From assembly GCA_002633005.1 (NCBI GenBank), contig NMRA01000978.1, forward strand, positions 11,819-75,818: a stretch of DNA of 64,000 nt. The letters are read 5' to 3'. The stretch comes from Phoronis australis (Eukaryota; Animalia; Phoronida). Shown piece by piece: positions 52,120-64,000 of the stretch (position 1 is the stretch's first letter; the number at the start of each line of letters is the position of its first letter). The translations under genes and the position numbers were made by a program. A model generated the notes under the pieces. That model was not told the origin of the DNA, searched no databases, and saw only the letters and a list, made by a program, of their open reading frames with translations.

Positions 52120-53806
52120 CTGGAAATAATGATTATGTAAACAAACGTCACATCCGGGATGCTCTGTCAACATGTGGATGTACTGAGTTGCAGTTCCGTG
52201 TCGCCCAAATTCCCTCCCAATTCGCAATGCCGAGAGCAGAACGTAGAGCGACGGTTCAGTTAAGTTGTTATACAAGTGTATGCGTCCATGGGAGGTCTAA
52301 AAGTGTTCGACGCATCTTTGAGAGAACAGCAGTATAAACGTTTTTAAAACCTTTCAACACAATACGTCATTACCTGTTGTTTATCAAAGACCACTTAGAA
52401 CGATGCGTGAAATCTGATACTATCTACCATGTTACATGTACGTAAGGAGAGTACACAGCCTCTAACCTTGCGAACCCTATCGTTCACTGGGAGCTTGTCT
52501 AGCATTGTATTATAGACGACCCAGTAATAATTCCAAAGATTATCAAACTTAGTTGAATACATTATGAATTTTTAATTTATTTTTTATTCTTCTGGTACAA
52601 CACCACCTAAAATGGTCGCCGTTTGGCTTATGCATTATAAGTACTCACTCAACTACCGCTAACAAGGTCTCGGCGAAAAACACTTTTTATATAAACATGA
52701 TAGCAAAGTAAGGCAAGCCAGGTTGAGGGTTACAATACGTGATGTACATCTATATTTCAGCGATATCGTTCGACTGTGTTGTTTTAAATTTGGGAATGTA
52801 AACTTAAGGAAAACGTACCTGTAGAAGAAAGAAGTCAAGGTCTGGGAAGAGTTTCAAGACATGAGACCAAAAACCTGTCTCATTTAGGAATGAGATTCTG
52901 GCTAGTTCAGAACAAAAACAAAATTTCGGAAACGACCATTTCTTAAACAAAAGCCTGGTTTTGGTCTTAGACCGAGACTAAGCCAGTATTCGCTCGTTTT
53001 TTGTCTCTAACGTAGAAGACCGAAACCGGGTTAACATGTGACTTATTTGTCTTAATGTCATTGTGTGAAATCAGTTTCAGCTATCAGTGTCTGTTTAACT
53101 ATCTACCGAGCAGACGTAATATCATATTTTGGTCTAAATGGGAAATTTTCAACTGTCAACACAGTGAACTGTTAAGGAAGAAATTTCGTTGCTGTATCAT
53201 GTTTTGCAAACCGTAAATCTGCTTTGATTCAGAATCCGGCAACGCACCGCAGAGACAACTACATTGCTACTTACCTGGAAGTGTGAAGCCATATTTTCCA
53301 GCTATACCGGCACCTTCTTAAGTAAACAAGCCTAAAACTCGCAATGTGTGACACAACAATGGTCACGAAAATTCTCGACCATTCACGCATCCCGTCGTTA
53401 TAGTTTTGTAAATCAGCAAAAGGTAACAAAAATGTACATGTAGTTAATGTTGTCAGCTGTGGCGAAAACTGACTCTTGACTAAGGTGGAAACCAAAGACC
53501 AAAATGACATACACCCTGTAGGTTTTGAGTGACTCACGAAACAATTTTTTTCAATTTAAGTTTTCAGTTTCAACCGAGCCCGAACTTTGGTTTTGACTGA
53601 GAAAAATATTTGGTTTGATAAATTTACTTTTGCTGCAACAGGTTCCATGTAACCGTCACTTACTATATGATACCGATGTCGATTACTTAAACAACGAAAA
53701 ATTCCATAAACTTGTCCCTGGTTTTTAACGGACAGAACTCTAAATCAACATTACTTTTTGGCGAAAGACAAACTCATAGAGCCGCTTTAATAGAAATTGA
53801 CCTCAC

Positions 53807-53849
53807 CGAGAAGGCAAAGCGTTGGATACAACTTGCATCTGCTCTTCAT
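53807..53849 (-). CDS. Exon 1 of a 4-exon gene for a small secreted cysteine-rich protein (126 aa)
   Basis: aagATG start; MKSRCKLYPTLCLL(G); phase-1 donor G|GTGAGG; TATAAATA about 80 nt upstream; joins exon 2 to give a 22-aa signal peptide MKSRCKLYPTLCLLGLLSVVAA. Confidence 0.8.
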
Positions 53850-53929
53850 CTTGTCTAGCTTGAAATTATCTTTTAAGTCTTCAACTTCAATGCTTACAAC
53901 GACAATGTGAAATAACAATTGTATGTTTC

Positions 53930-53937
53930 TATTTATA
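53930..53937 (-). promoter_or_regulatory. TATA box of the Cys-rich gene
   Basis: TATAAATAG on the minus strand, with an Inr-like TTCACATT about 25-30 nt downstream and the ATG at 53849. Confidence 0.6.
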
Positions 53938-56544
53938 CTTAAATATATACCATTACTACACACGGGGCATGGTACAGGGTGTTTCAAAGCCCACAACTGA
54001 TTTGAAAACAAATATTGCGCAACTTACTCCTGTAGTATGTAATAGTGAAACCTAAATGTCATTTAGGCTGTTTCTACAGTTATGAAATTTGTTTCAACTT
54101 CTTACAAATTCAAATATAAAATAATATGACAGGACTAACTAAATGTAACGGTTCGTTTCGTTGTCTGTTTGAGACGATATTCCAGAAGTTGGCTCCACCC
54201 AGCGGTTATTTCTGTGCTGAACCTTTTCTCACGCTATAACGAAAGGCGTGATCTTTCAAAGTCCCGAAGCCACTTCCTTTTGTTGTAACGAAAGAATTGT
54301 GACCATTTCCATAGCAGTAAGTTGCCTTCATTAGATTTTTTATAGAAAGTGGTGTCTTATATATATATATTTTTCCACGAGTGTCTGCTTGTGCCCAGTG
54401 CCCACTAAAGGTTGACGGTTTCAGAGAAACAGCAGTGGTTACTTACAACCATTCTTTTGACACGCTCTGCATTTTTTTTGCAAATTTTCTGTGATCACGC
54501 CTAAATTACAGCATCTAGGAAAGCAATGTAGATTTAATTAAAACTAGGTTTCATTAAGTGCCCGCAATTTAAAGTCGGTAATTGCACGTTCAGTAAATAA
54601 CGGACCACCCACAGATGATTTTTACTGTTGACACTCATTAGAAACTTCTGCATGTCATAATTATCGGTTAGCCTTTTCATATTCCTCCATTTAGAACTGC
54701 ACGTCCTTCCTTACATGTACAAGCAGTAAGAGCGAATCTTTTCAAGTGAAACATTTTTCTCACGGGTAATTTCGTAATTGCCAATACGCTCCTTTTCACG
54801 TCGGCAAACGACATTTTCAGCTTTTGGCAGTACCTATAAATCGTGATACAACATGCGCGATACTACGTATCAAAATGTTCTGTATAGTGCAGGTAGACAG
54901 TGCTGATTGAAAAATCTCTTCCCATCGAACGCGGCTGTACCGCGTCTGGCCTGATTAATCAGAAATGAAGTCGCGTCCGTACTATGACTTGACTTCTCTT
55001 AAAGTTCGTTCCAAAACCATGTCTATCTCTGGAAATATAAGGGTTTGGTTCAGTTAGCGTATGACGAAATGATTACGTGTACAATGCCACACTATAGAAA
55101 CCACGTGTCACGCGGATCTCGGTCGGGATTATAGATGTACATGTAAGATATCTGATGCAATGTTACTAAATAGTGACGTTTGTGAGATTCAGCTACGTAT
55201 CACCGACGTTGTCGCTTACTTCACCCAACTTTTCCTGATCCCTGGTCATGATTGCGATTTCAGAGTTGAACTTTTGACAGACTTGGATCTGCGAGAACGG
55301 CATGTGACTGTGATGTGTTTGGGAGGCACAGAATGGAAAGTTTAATGAAATGAATAAAACTGTCTTTCTCGGCACAAATGTTAGTAGTTTGTCTTCCTGG
55401 TAGAATATTTAACTTATTTTGCATAAACGGCACACCGTCCCACTTGTGTATAAATTTCGACTTGGGCAATGTCCTCCGCCTTGTAAAGGAAAGTGGAAAA
55501 TGAAATTATCTGTGAAGCGTGCCTATAGATTAAAAAAAAGTTTACACCTATACCACGGACTATCCGGCGCAATAAACATTGAAGGCACGCAACTCATGAA
55601 TTTCATTTGCAATTTTGATGTTTCTGTTCTAAAAAAATCGAAACGACGCCATGGATTTTTTCAACAGCAACAAAAGCGATATTGACCAAATGACCCTCAA
55701 GTATACGCTATAGCTGGCACAATGTTTGTAAATAGCAAGTTAACGGGCATGTAGTGACAGAGCCTTATACCGTGGTCTAGGTTGGGTGAGCCACTAAAGA
55801 ATTAGTGTCGAGAGTGAACTTTCATAATTACAGACCCGTTGCCAGGGGATTTGGGGAGGGGCGATCGACACCCCGCGGAAAAAGTCCAGTCCTAGCCTGT
55901 TAAGCGAACTGCCTTGCTTTTGTCTACTGCTAGAATCACTTTATCATTCATTAGCTACAAATTACGCACGCACGCAATGGTGTTCTAGTTAGATCCCTAT
56001 TCAATACAACTGTTATCGGCCTTTTGTTGTTTGTGCTGGGATCTCGTGGTGACGCAACATGGCACGAAAAGGTAGCTTCACTTACATGTTTCATTTGACG
56101 GGCTTACCTTTGCGTGATAGAACTCGCGTTTTCTTAACTTACTAAGGCTTTTCTAGGAATTTCTGGTTTGCCCAGTACATCTGTAATAACAAAATTCTTT
56201 CGAAGTTAGGCTTTAAGGAAATTGGGGAAATTTTGTTTGTTATCCCAATACATTCCTGATTGAAATACATCAAACAAGTGAACATTTTTACAACATAATA
56301 AACATATTTAGGTGAAGATGCAAGGTTTAATGCTAAGACTAATCCACAAAAACACCTCTAACACTACTTTTAGCAAAGCCAACGACCTTGCCTGGTGTAA
56401 CTGCTGGTTGTGGTAGTAATTGACACGCCCTTGATAAAGGTTCGATTAATTCAATCTGTGACGTTGTTGTTTGCAGTTTGTTCCTGTTATATTTTGCGAG
56501 GTTTTCCATCCCATATAAAATCTGATATAAGACTACTTATGGGC

Positions 56545-57720
56545 TTGACAAACTGATGTGGTAGACCTGAAACAGATATTACATAAATTAGTTTTACCGG
56601 GGCAAGGGGGCCATGACCCCCTAAAATTCTCCCAGATTCCATTGGGCAGTTCGGAGGTGCGAATGTCCGACGGCAAAATCCTGGCTAATATGCTGCCCTG
56701 TCCCCCCAACTCAAAATCCTGGATACGCTCCTGGACTAGTCTGACATTTTTAGTGAGGTACCGGGTACAACCCATCTGGTTGAGTACAAGATTGAGACCA
56801 TCAGTGAAGAGCCGGTGAGAGTCAAACCTTATCCCCTGCCACATACCGCACAAGCTGTTGTGTAGGAACAGGCTCACGTTAAAGAGTGGGGCCATAGAAC
56901 CATCTGATGCGCCCTACAACTTTCCAGTGGTTTTGGTGAAAAAGAAAAATGGTTCAAATGGATTTTGTGTCAATTTTAGTCGTTTGAACGCCATCACCAA
57001 TTTTGTCTCGGCCTGGGTCACCTTGATGACACCATGGCTAAGATCAGTAATGACCAGTACTTTACGGAGATTACTTTTAATAAAGGCTCCTGATAAGTCA
57101 TTGCCGCCGACCAATCACTGCCTAAGACCTCGTTTGTAGTACCAAGTGGTTGCTACAAATTCAATTCGCATGATGAGGAAGATCTTGGGACAAGCACATA
57201 ATACATAACATTATGTGGATCACACTCTGTGCCACAATATGACCTGGACTGAACATCTTGCCTCATAGTGAGACACTTTCCAACGTGCACGAGACGTGAG
57301 CTAATGATAGGACCCATCAGGTGTTTGGTTGGATCTCGTTCCGTCGATTGTTGCTGGGAACGGAATTACTCAGTCATTGAGGGATCGTGTTTGGCCATTG
57401 TGTTTGCTCTCAGAAAATTTGCAAAGTACTGTACTTGTAAAGAATTCATCATTCATACTGACCATCAACCTCTGGCGTACATTAAAAAAACAATGGACGC
57501 ATCATTAGGTGGGGCTTGTTTTTGAAAGGCTATCGATTTAAGATTGAAGCTATTAGAAGCTTGGAAAAGTTTGAATGTAATACTGATTACTTTAGCAGGT
57601 TAGAGTATTGATTAAACTTGGAAATTGGGTAATCAATCTGTGTTATTCAATTTTTTAAGTTTTCCTTGGTAGGAAAATGTCCAGAAATATTTTCTTGAGG
57701 TGGAGCTTAATTGTCAGCAT
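56545..57720 (+). mobile_element. pol: Degenerate Gypsy (Gmr1-like) RT-RNase H, PPT and LTR start
   Basis: DIFSEVPGTTHLVEYKIET..PVRVKPYPLP; IEPSDAPYNFPVVLVKKKNGS..FCVNF; YVD; ERNYSVIE..CLAIVFALRKF..HTDHQPL; DYFSR* then cttgaggtggagc..TGTCA. Confidence 0.88.
56597..56734 (-). mobile_element. hAT5-like MITE, copy 3, inserted in the Gypsy pol
   Basis: homologous to 10412 and 33577. Confidence 0.75.
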
Positions 57721-57829
57721 AAATAATGATTATGTAATTAGAAGAGTTAGTTCCATTTAAGTTGTCCGAAGTTTGTACATCTGTTCTTTTAAACCTCCTG
57801 TGGGCAGCTTAGGGGAAGACCACCTTCAA

Positions 57830-58445
57830 AAAAATGAAGACGGCGGTATGCACAACTGGGCATATTCTGTAAAATTGCTTCTTAAAACCAACAGGTTGGG
57901 AGAGGTACGGTTATACAGACCGGGTGACTTAGATTTATTCTTTACAGAATTTCGTCAGAGACTAATTGAATGTGACGTACAAAATTGGAACTCTGTAATT
58001 AATAATTTGAAAAAATATCAATTTTATTGCACTATCAAAGCAAAACTACATTGTAAAAATACGTGTACGTTTTAGACCCGAACCTAAGGAAAATACTTGC
58101 TCGTTTTAGATGCTCAGTGCACAAGTTTTAAATTGAAACAGGGTGGCACGCAGCTCTAACCGAGGATGAAAGAATTAGTGGAATATGCAATACTGGTCAA
58201 ATCGAAAACGAGATTTATGTATCACTGTCCTGTCCGTGGTGATGTGCGCACTTGAGAGCTCAAATTTGTTGACGAATACGACAGACGATGCCAGAATAGT
58301 AAGATTATTTCAAAGCCATGACGTTTGAGAAGTACTGAAAACCTGGCGTTATATATTTCAAGAACAACGGTGCTAGAGCTGAAAATTTATCATTGTAATT
58401 GTAATGTAAACTGCAATAAACATGACTTCTGAACCTGATTCTGAT
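57830..58445 (+). mobile_element. 3' end of an RTE-X-like LINE
   Basis: NWAYSVKLLL..FRQRLIEC.VQNW; ILARFRCSVHKFLIETG...ERISGICN..IENEIY...CP; AATAAA then (TTCTGA)-like tail. Confidence 0.75.
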
Positions 58446-58869
58446 AGCCGGTTGAGTCGGTGGAACCGGCGAAGTCATGTTGCATCTAATGATACGTTAG
58501 CGTGAAGGCATCTGCACAATTTTCGAATTCACAATTTTTGGTTTGGCCAACCCTAATAAACTTTGAAGAGTTTTATTGTGTCTCGGACGGTAACGGAAAT
58601 AGAATCGTGTCACGGTAAGGTATATTGTGAGAGTAAGTGGCTCATTTGATGCTTGTTTTAGTCAGCTGAACATGCAGGGCCAAATACAGCTTACATACGT
58701 AGAAAATCATGTCTAAGGGAATGTATTTAAGAAATGGAGTTATCTGCCAGACAACGTTCGTCTTGATCGGCCGATATCTCCAATGAAGATTTGCAACGTA
58801 GTCGAATTCAATTGGCTGTCTGTTCTAAAACTATCAGGGTCAGATTAGTTTCCCGGAGATAACAAGCTA

Positions 58870-61800
58870 AACAAGAGCGCTCAACAAAGGAACAGCGTTA
58901 TCAGAAAATCTCAAATAACTAAAAAAGTAGATGTCCTAGCGAAAAATGGAAAACATCTTCTGAAAGCCCGTTCAAAATTCTATCCAGACTGATGGTATCG
59001 CCTAATTCCGTTATTTTTTCGAAAAAAATAAGATTTTGCGTTTTTTTAAGAAATTCAAAGACAAATAACTCAAAAACGGTAAGTCTGAGAAAAAATTGTT
59101 ATAGGCCATTTGAACGAATATACTTCAAAGAATCCACATGCAAAAAATTATGTCTTTTTCTCTTACCTTTAAAATCGCAATCCAGCACGACTGAAAATGG
59201 GTAAACATGCGCCAGATCCGCCATCTTGAAAGCAAATTCCGGTTTTTTGGCTTTGTAAAATAGCATGTCATAAGAAACTAACACCTTTAAAAATTCGAAG
59301 GAATTGGTCTGATAATGTGCCCTCTACAGGAGAAAACGTTTTAGGCCAAAATCGAGGTGCGCATGCGCGATCGCCGATATTTCCGCTATCTTTAGCCGGA
59401 AGTAAATAATTTCCAGTATACTTGTAGAAAACTTCCAGTACATTTACTGTGCCGATTCTTAGCCTTTTACGTAAAAAATTGTAGCCTTCTACAAGCATTT
59501 GAACCTTTAAATGGAAACAAAATGGCCGCTACAGCCGCCATCTTGGATCCGATTTTGACGAAAAACAATAGGCTCCCAGTACTTCCAGAAGTACGTGTTA
59601 TGTGTAAATTTCGTGATGATCAGACGAAAATTGCGACCTCTATCGTGCGAATAAACAAAAAAACGAGAGCGCTCGGAGGAGCGACACTTGGCGGAATTAA
59701 TCGAAAAGACGACGATGCGGAAGACGACGACAATCATGACGATCAAGGCGGCAATTATGAATAACACGAAAACATTCATTTATGAATAACACGATAACAT
59801 TCATGTGACTAGCGAAGAAATCAAATAGAGAGCATACAATCAACTACAATAAAGAACAATAGATGGCGCAACATGACGGTCCAGTCTACAGTAGGACAGT
59901 GCTGGCTAGGTCAGTCTGGGTCAACTAGGCATAACCAAAACAAAGTGAACTGAAAGCCAGCCAGCTGCGTGCTTGCATAGGTGACCGAAGGAACAACGGT
60001 ATCCGTAAATCTCGAATAATTCAAAAAGTAGACGTCGTAGCGCAAAATGGAAAATATCTTCTGAAAGCCCGTTCAAAACTCTATCTAAGGTGGTAGTTTG
60101 GCAAACACGATAACATTCATGTGACTAGCGAAGAAATCAAATAGAGAGCATACAATCAACTACAATAAAGAACAATAGATGGCGCAACATGACGGTCCAG
60201 TCTACAGTAGGACAGTGCTGGCTGGGTCAGTCTAGTTCAACAAGGCATAACCAAAACAAAGTGAACTGACAGCCACCCAGCTCCGTGCTTGCATAGGTGA
60301 CCGAAGGAACAACGGTATCCGGAAATCTCGAATAATTCACAAAGTAGACGTCGTAGCGCAAAATGGAAAATATCTTCTGAAAGCCCGTTCAAAACTCTAT
60401 CCAAACTGGTAGTTTGGCAAAAATCCAAAAATTTTTCGAGAAAATTGAAAATTTGCCGCTTTTTGAAATTCAAAGTCAAATAACTCGAAAACGATAAGTC
60501 TGAGAAATACGCTCTCCCAGACTTTTTGAAAGTCCATACTTCAAGGAATCCACATGCAAAAATTCATGTCATTTGCTCATCCCGTTACAAATGCGACACC
60601 AGAACGATTGAAACCGTGTGAACATGCGCCACAGCCGTCATCTTGAAAGTGACTTCCGGTTCAATAATTTTCTATAAAAGCTTACTAAACTCAACAAACA
60701 CGTGACCAGTTTGAAAAAGATTGGTTTGCAAATGCGCCCTTTACAGGAGAAAACGTTTTTGGCCATATTTCGGTGTGCGCATGCATCACGTCCAATATTT
60801 CAGCCACCTTTGACCGGAAGTCAACGATTTTCTGGACAGTTGTAGCACATGCGCTCTAGTATAATCGTGTTGATTTTCAGTCATGTACGTCGAAAAATGC
60901 GGCCTCTACGAGCATTTGACTGTGATATCGGAAACAAAATGGCCGCCACGTCCACCATTTTGCATCCGATCATAACTAAAAACAACAGGCTTCCAGGACT
61001 TTCCGATCTACACGTCGTGTCCAAATTTCGTGAAAATTGGACGAAAATTGCGACCTGTAGAGTGCGAACAAACAAACAAATGAAAGCGCTCCGAGGAGCG
61101 AAACTTGGCGAAATTAACCAAAAAGATGACGATAATGATGATGACGAAGATGACGAATATGACGACGATGGTGGCGAGGATGAACAAAAGAAGTAATAAA
61201 AACATACACATGACGAACGTAGAGGTCCGAAATCAGTAAGAAAAAGGCTACAGTCTTGAGTGACACTTGGCGAAATTAAAGGAAAAGACAACGACGGAGA
61301 TGATGACGAAGGTGATGACGAATACGATGATGGTGGTGGCGATGATGAACAACATCACAACATTCATATGACGAACTTAGATGTCATAAATCAATAAGAA
61401 ATAGGCTACACTCTAGTTCAATAGAAGATAAACCAACATCAATGCAGCAAGAGCGCTCAACAAAGGAACAGCGTTATCAGAAAATCTCAAATAACTCGAA
61501 AATTAGACGTCCTAGCGAAAAATGGAAAACATGTTCAGAAAGCCCATTCAAAATTGTATCTAAACTGATGGTATCGCCTATCGAAAAAAATTAAATTTTG
61601 CGTTTTTTTTAAGAAATTCAAAGTCAAATAACTCGAAATCGGTAAGTCTAAGAAAAAAATTGTTACAGGCCATTTAAAAGAATATACTTCAAAGAATCCA
61701 CACGCAAAAAATCACGTCTTTTTCTCTTCCCGTTTAAAATTGCACTCCAGCACGACTGAAAATGGGTCAACATGCGCCAGATCCGCCATCTTGAAAGGAA

Positions 61801-62230
61801 CTTCCGGTTTTTTGGCTTTGTATAATAGCATGTCATAAGAACATTATACCTGTAAAAATTCGAAGTAACTGGTTTTATAATGCGCCCTCTACAGGAGAAA
61901 ACGTTTTTAGGCCAAAATCGAGGTGCGCATGCGCGATCGCCGATATTTCCGCCATATTTAGCCGGAAGTAAACATTTTCCGGTATACTTGTAGAAAACTT
62001 CCAGTCCATTTACTGTGCCGATTCTTAGCCTTTTACGTAAAAAACTGTAACCTCCAGAAGCATTTGAACCTTTAAATTAAAACAAAATGGCAGCCACAGT
62101 CGCCATCTTGGATCTTCTGATTTTGACGAAAAACAATAGGTCTCCAGTACTTCCGGAAGTACGCGTTATGTGTAAATTTCGAGATGATCGGACGAAAATT
62201 GCGACCTGTATCGTGTGAACAAAAAAAAAC
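58870..62230. mobile_element. Tandem cluster of about 3 Helentron/HINE-like units (~0.8-kb core plus GAC/GAT microsatellite block)
   Basis: 58872-59660 ~ 61448-62230 ~ 60300-61080; each core ends aaattgcgacct.ta..gtg.gaa.aaa; AGCGCTC..GAGCG hairpins; local duplication 59784-60103 / 60104-60422. Confidence 0.7.
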
Positions 62231-62231
62231 A

Positions 62232-62805
62232 AACTTAGTGGAACAGCAACATACTTAGAAGCCCTACTGACTCGTTCTGGCTCGGTCTGGCTCGGTCGTC
62301 GATATCTTTTCATCTCCACTGGTCGCCACAATAGCTTCTCCCAGCTCCCTGGAGCTCCCTCCAACAGTTATTGAAATTATCTAGCTTCAGTCCCCGGTCA
62401 CCACACTGTTCAAGCCGCCCGGTCGCCTTAATTTTCGAGATTGCCCCTAAGGTGTAGTTTGCTTACTAGCTTACTAAAATTTCCAAACAAGCAAGCACAG
62501 ACAGGGAAACGTCAAGCTCCTGGGCTTCTTTGTGAATTGTCGCACCTGATCAGTATTGTATGACAAGAACAATGCAGACAACATCTCCAGGCAATTTACG
62601 TGCTGAGATCTGAAGCTCCTTTCCCACTACCCTTGGTCCTGCACATCTCCAACATGGTCCCCAACCCATCGTTGGTGCATCGGACCTGACCGTCCCTTGA
62701 ATAAAGGGATCACCAAATGGAACTCCTAACAACAGATGCTTTGCCTAAGACTCCCACAGAAGGTAAAATGTTGGGACCGTTTTATCCGAGGTCCTAAGCC
62801 CCGTC
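62232..62805 (-). mobile_element. DIRS-like (tyrosine-recombinase retrotransposon) RNase H remnant plus probable terminal sequence
   Basis: VRSDAPTMGWG...HVNCLEML...LIRCDN matches DIRS RNase H TDAS..GWG..HIN.LE..DN. Confidence 0.7.
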
Positions 62806-62806
62806 N

Positions 62807-63072
62807 TTATACAGAATTTGTTGAATACACGACACTTTTCATTTTTCACGGTCTTTATTCCGTTGCGTTCATACTTTCTGAACAAAACTCTACTCTCTAC
62901 TGAACATAGATACAGTAACTGACCTAGCGACATAATTTTTTAATTATGTCGCTAGGTCAGTTACTGTATCTATGTTCAGTAGAGAGTAGAGTTTTGTTCA
63001 GAAAGTATGACCGCAACGGAATAAAGACCGTGAAAAATGAAAAGTGTCGTGTATTCAACAAATTCTGTATAA
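62807..63072. repeat. Near-perfect 131-bp inverted repeat made of Penelope pLTR sequence
   Basis: 62807-62937 is the reverse complement of 62942-63072; arms are homologous to 51005-51128. Confidence 0.92.
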
Positions 63073-64000
63073 CAGAAAACTTGCTCCCGAAGTACAGTCA
63101 GCATATAAACTTTAAGAACATTTATAGACAAAAGAATAGTGAAGCAAAGAAGGGAGATTGAGAACCGTATCATTTCGGTGTCTTGTCAAATATGATTAAA
63201 AAATGGGCTATCGGGATTACATTACAGCCAACAATGGCGCGGATTTAGAAATGTGTGATTATTCACGTTCACGTCGCTTTGTGGAATCTCTCTATACTGC
63301 TCATTAAGGCTAAAGTGAAACTTACTGGGTCTGCGACGGGGACCCTGACTCTGCTTCACAGTCGAAGAAGAGAAAAGTTGGGTTGTAAGAACAGGGCTTC
63401 ACTGATTGACCATGACAACCATAGCGATTGGCTTGTTATAAGCATCCCACCGTGAATAAGAGGCAGTTGCTTCATGGCCACTAATTTTTTTCATCGCGTT
63501 TTGCATCCTTCAGCAAAGTGATTAAGCTCTACACCATTCACGTGTTCGTCATCCAGAACCGAGAGCTTAAAATTTGCACCAAGGCTAACAGAGTTGATGA
63601 GGTGTGCCCTACCAGATAGATATTGGACGTTTGTGTCAACGCACTAGAGGAACTGAGTTCCTATAGGATTAGTCATCGGTTTTGTTCGTTTGTTGGCGTT
63701 TGAATACAGCGAAGTGTGCTGCAGAGGTTGTTGCCACTAATTATCCAACTAGCCACAACAAATTATTAGTCTTATTTGAGGGGACGTTAGTAACTGTACT
63801 TCGTTTATTGTTATGCTTATTAAGTTGCTATTGTTCATTTATTCTTATGCTTAAAGTAGAATGCCACCCAAAAACAATTTACATCGAGTAGTTCCACTCG
63901 ATAACAGTTCAGCTCTTTTACCTGACACCTCACGGCAGACGGCGGCGTTGCGATTAACCAATGACGTCATAGGTTCGAATGCAGCCTGTTCAGCAGTTCA

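Noticed and set aside
51790-52835. Recursive AG|GT splice sites at about 51795 and 52819 (minus strand)
   Set aside because: The introns are only about 2 kb and such motifs occur by chance

Overview
AT-rich, transposon-dense eukaryotic DNA, most likely from a marine invertebrate draft assembly (two N-gaps plus single-n contig joins flanked by duplicated, probably allelic, sequence). It is not prokaryotic, and nearly all ORF-track ORFs are spurious. One complete spliced gene that the ORF track misses can be read on the minus strand: exons 53849-53807, 52119-52005, 49839-49687 and 47252-47183, with a TATA box and polyA signal. It encodes a 126-aa secreted protein with two tandem 8-Cys '(N/D)YC(G/T)GC' modules. 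A second candidate secreted Pro-rich peptide gene has its first exon at 27871-27655 (minus), also with a TATA box. The rest is a mosaic of decayed mobile elements: two Gypsy LTR elements (one Gmr1-like), Penelope GIY-YIG fragments with hammerhead-like motifs, RTE-X and CR1-type LINE ends, a DIRS RNase H remnant, Academ-, Kolobok- and THAP-type DNA transposon relics, several MITE families, Helentron/DINE-1-like elements whose satellite units carry CTCF-like motifs, a tRNA-derived SINE, and several tandem or hairpin arrays. All family assignments rest on recognising motifs by eye, not on database searches.
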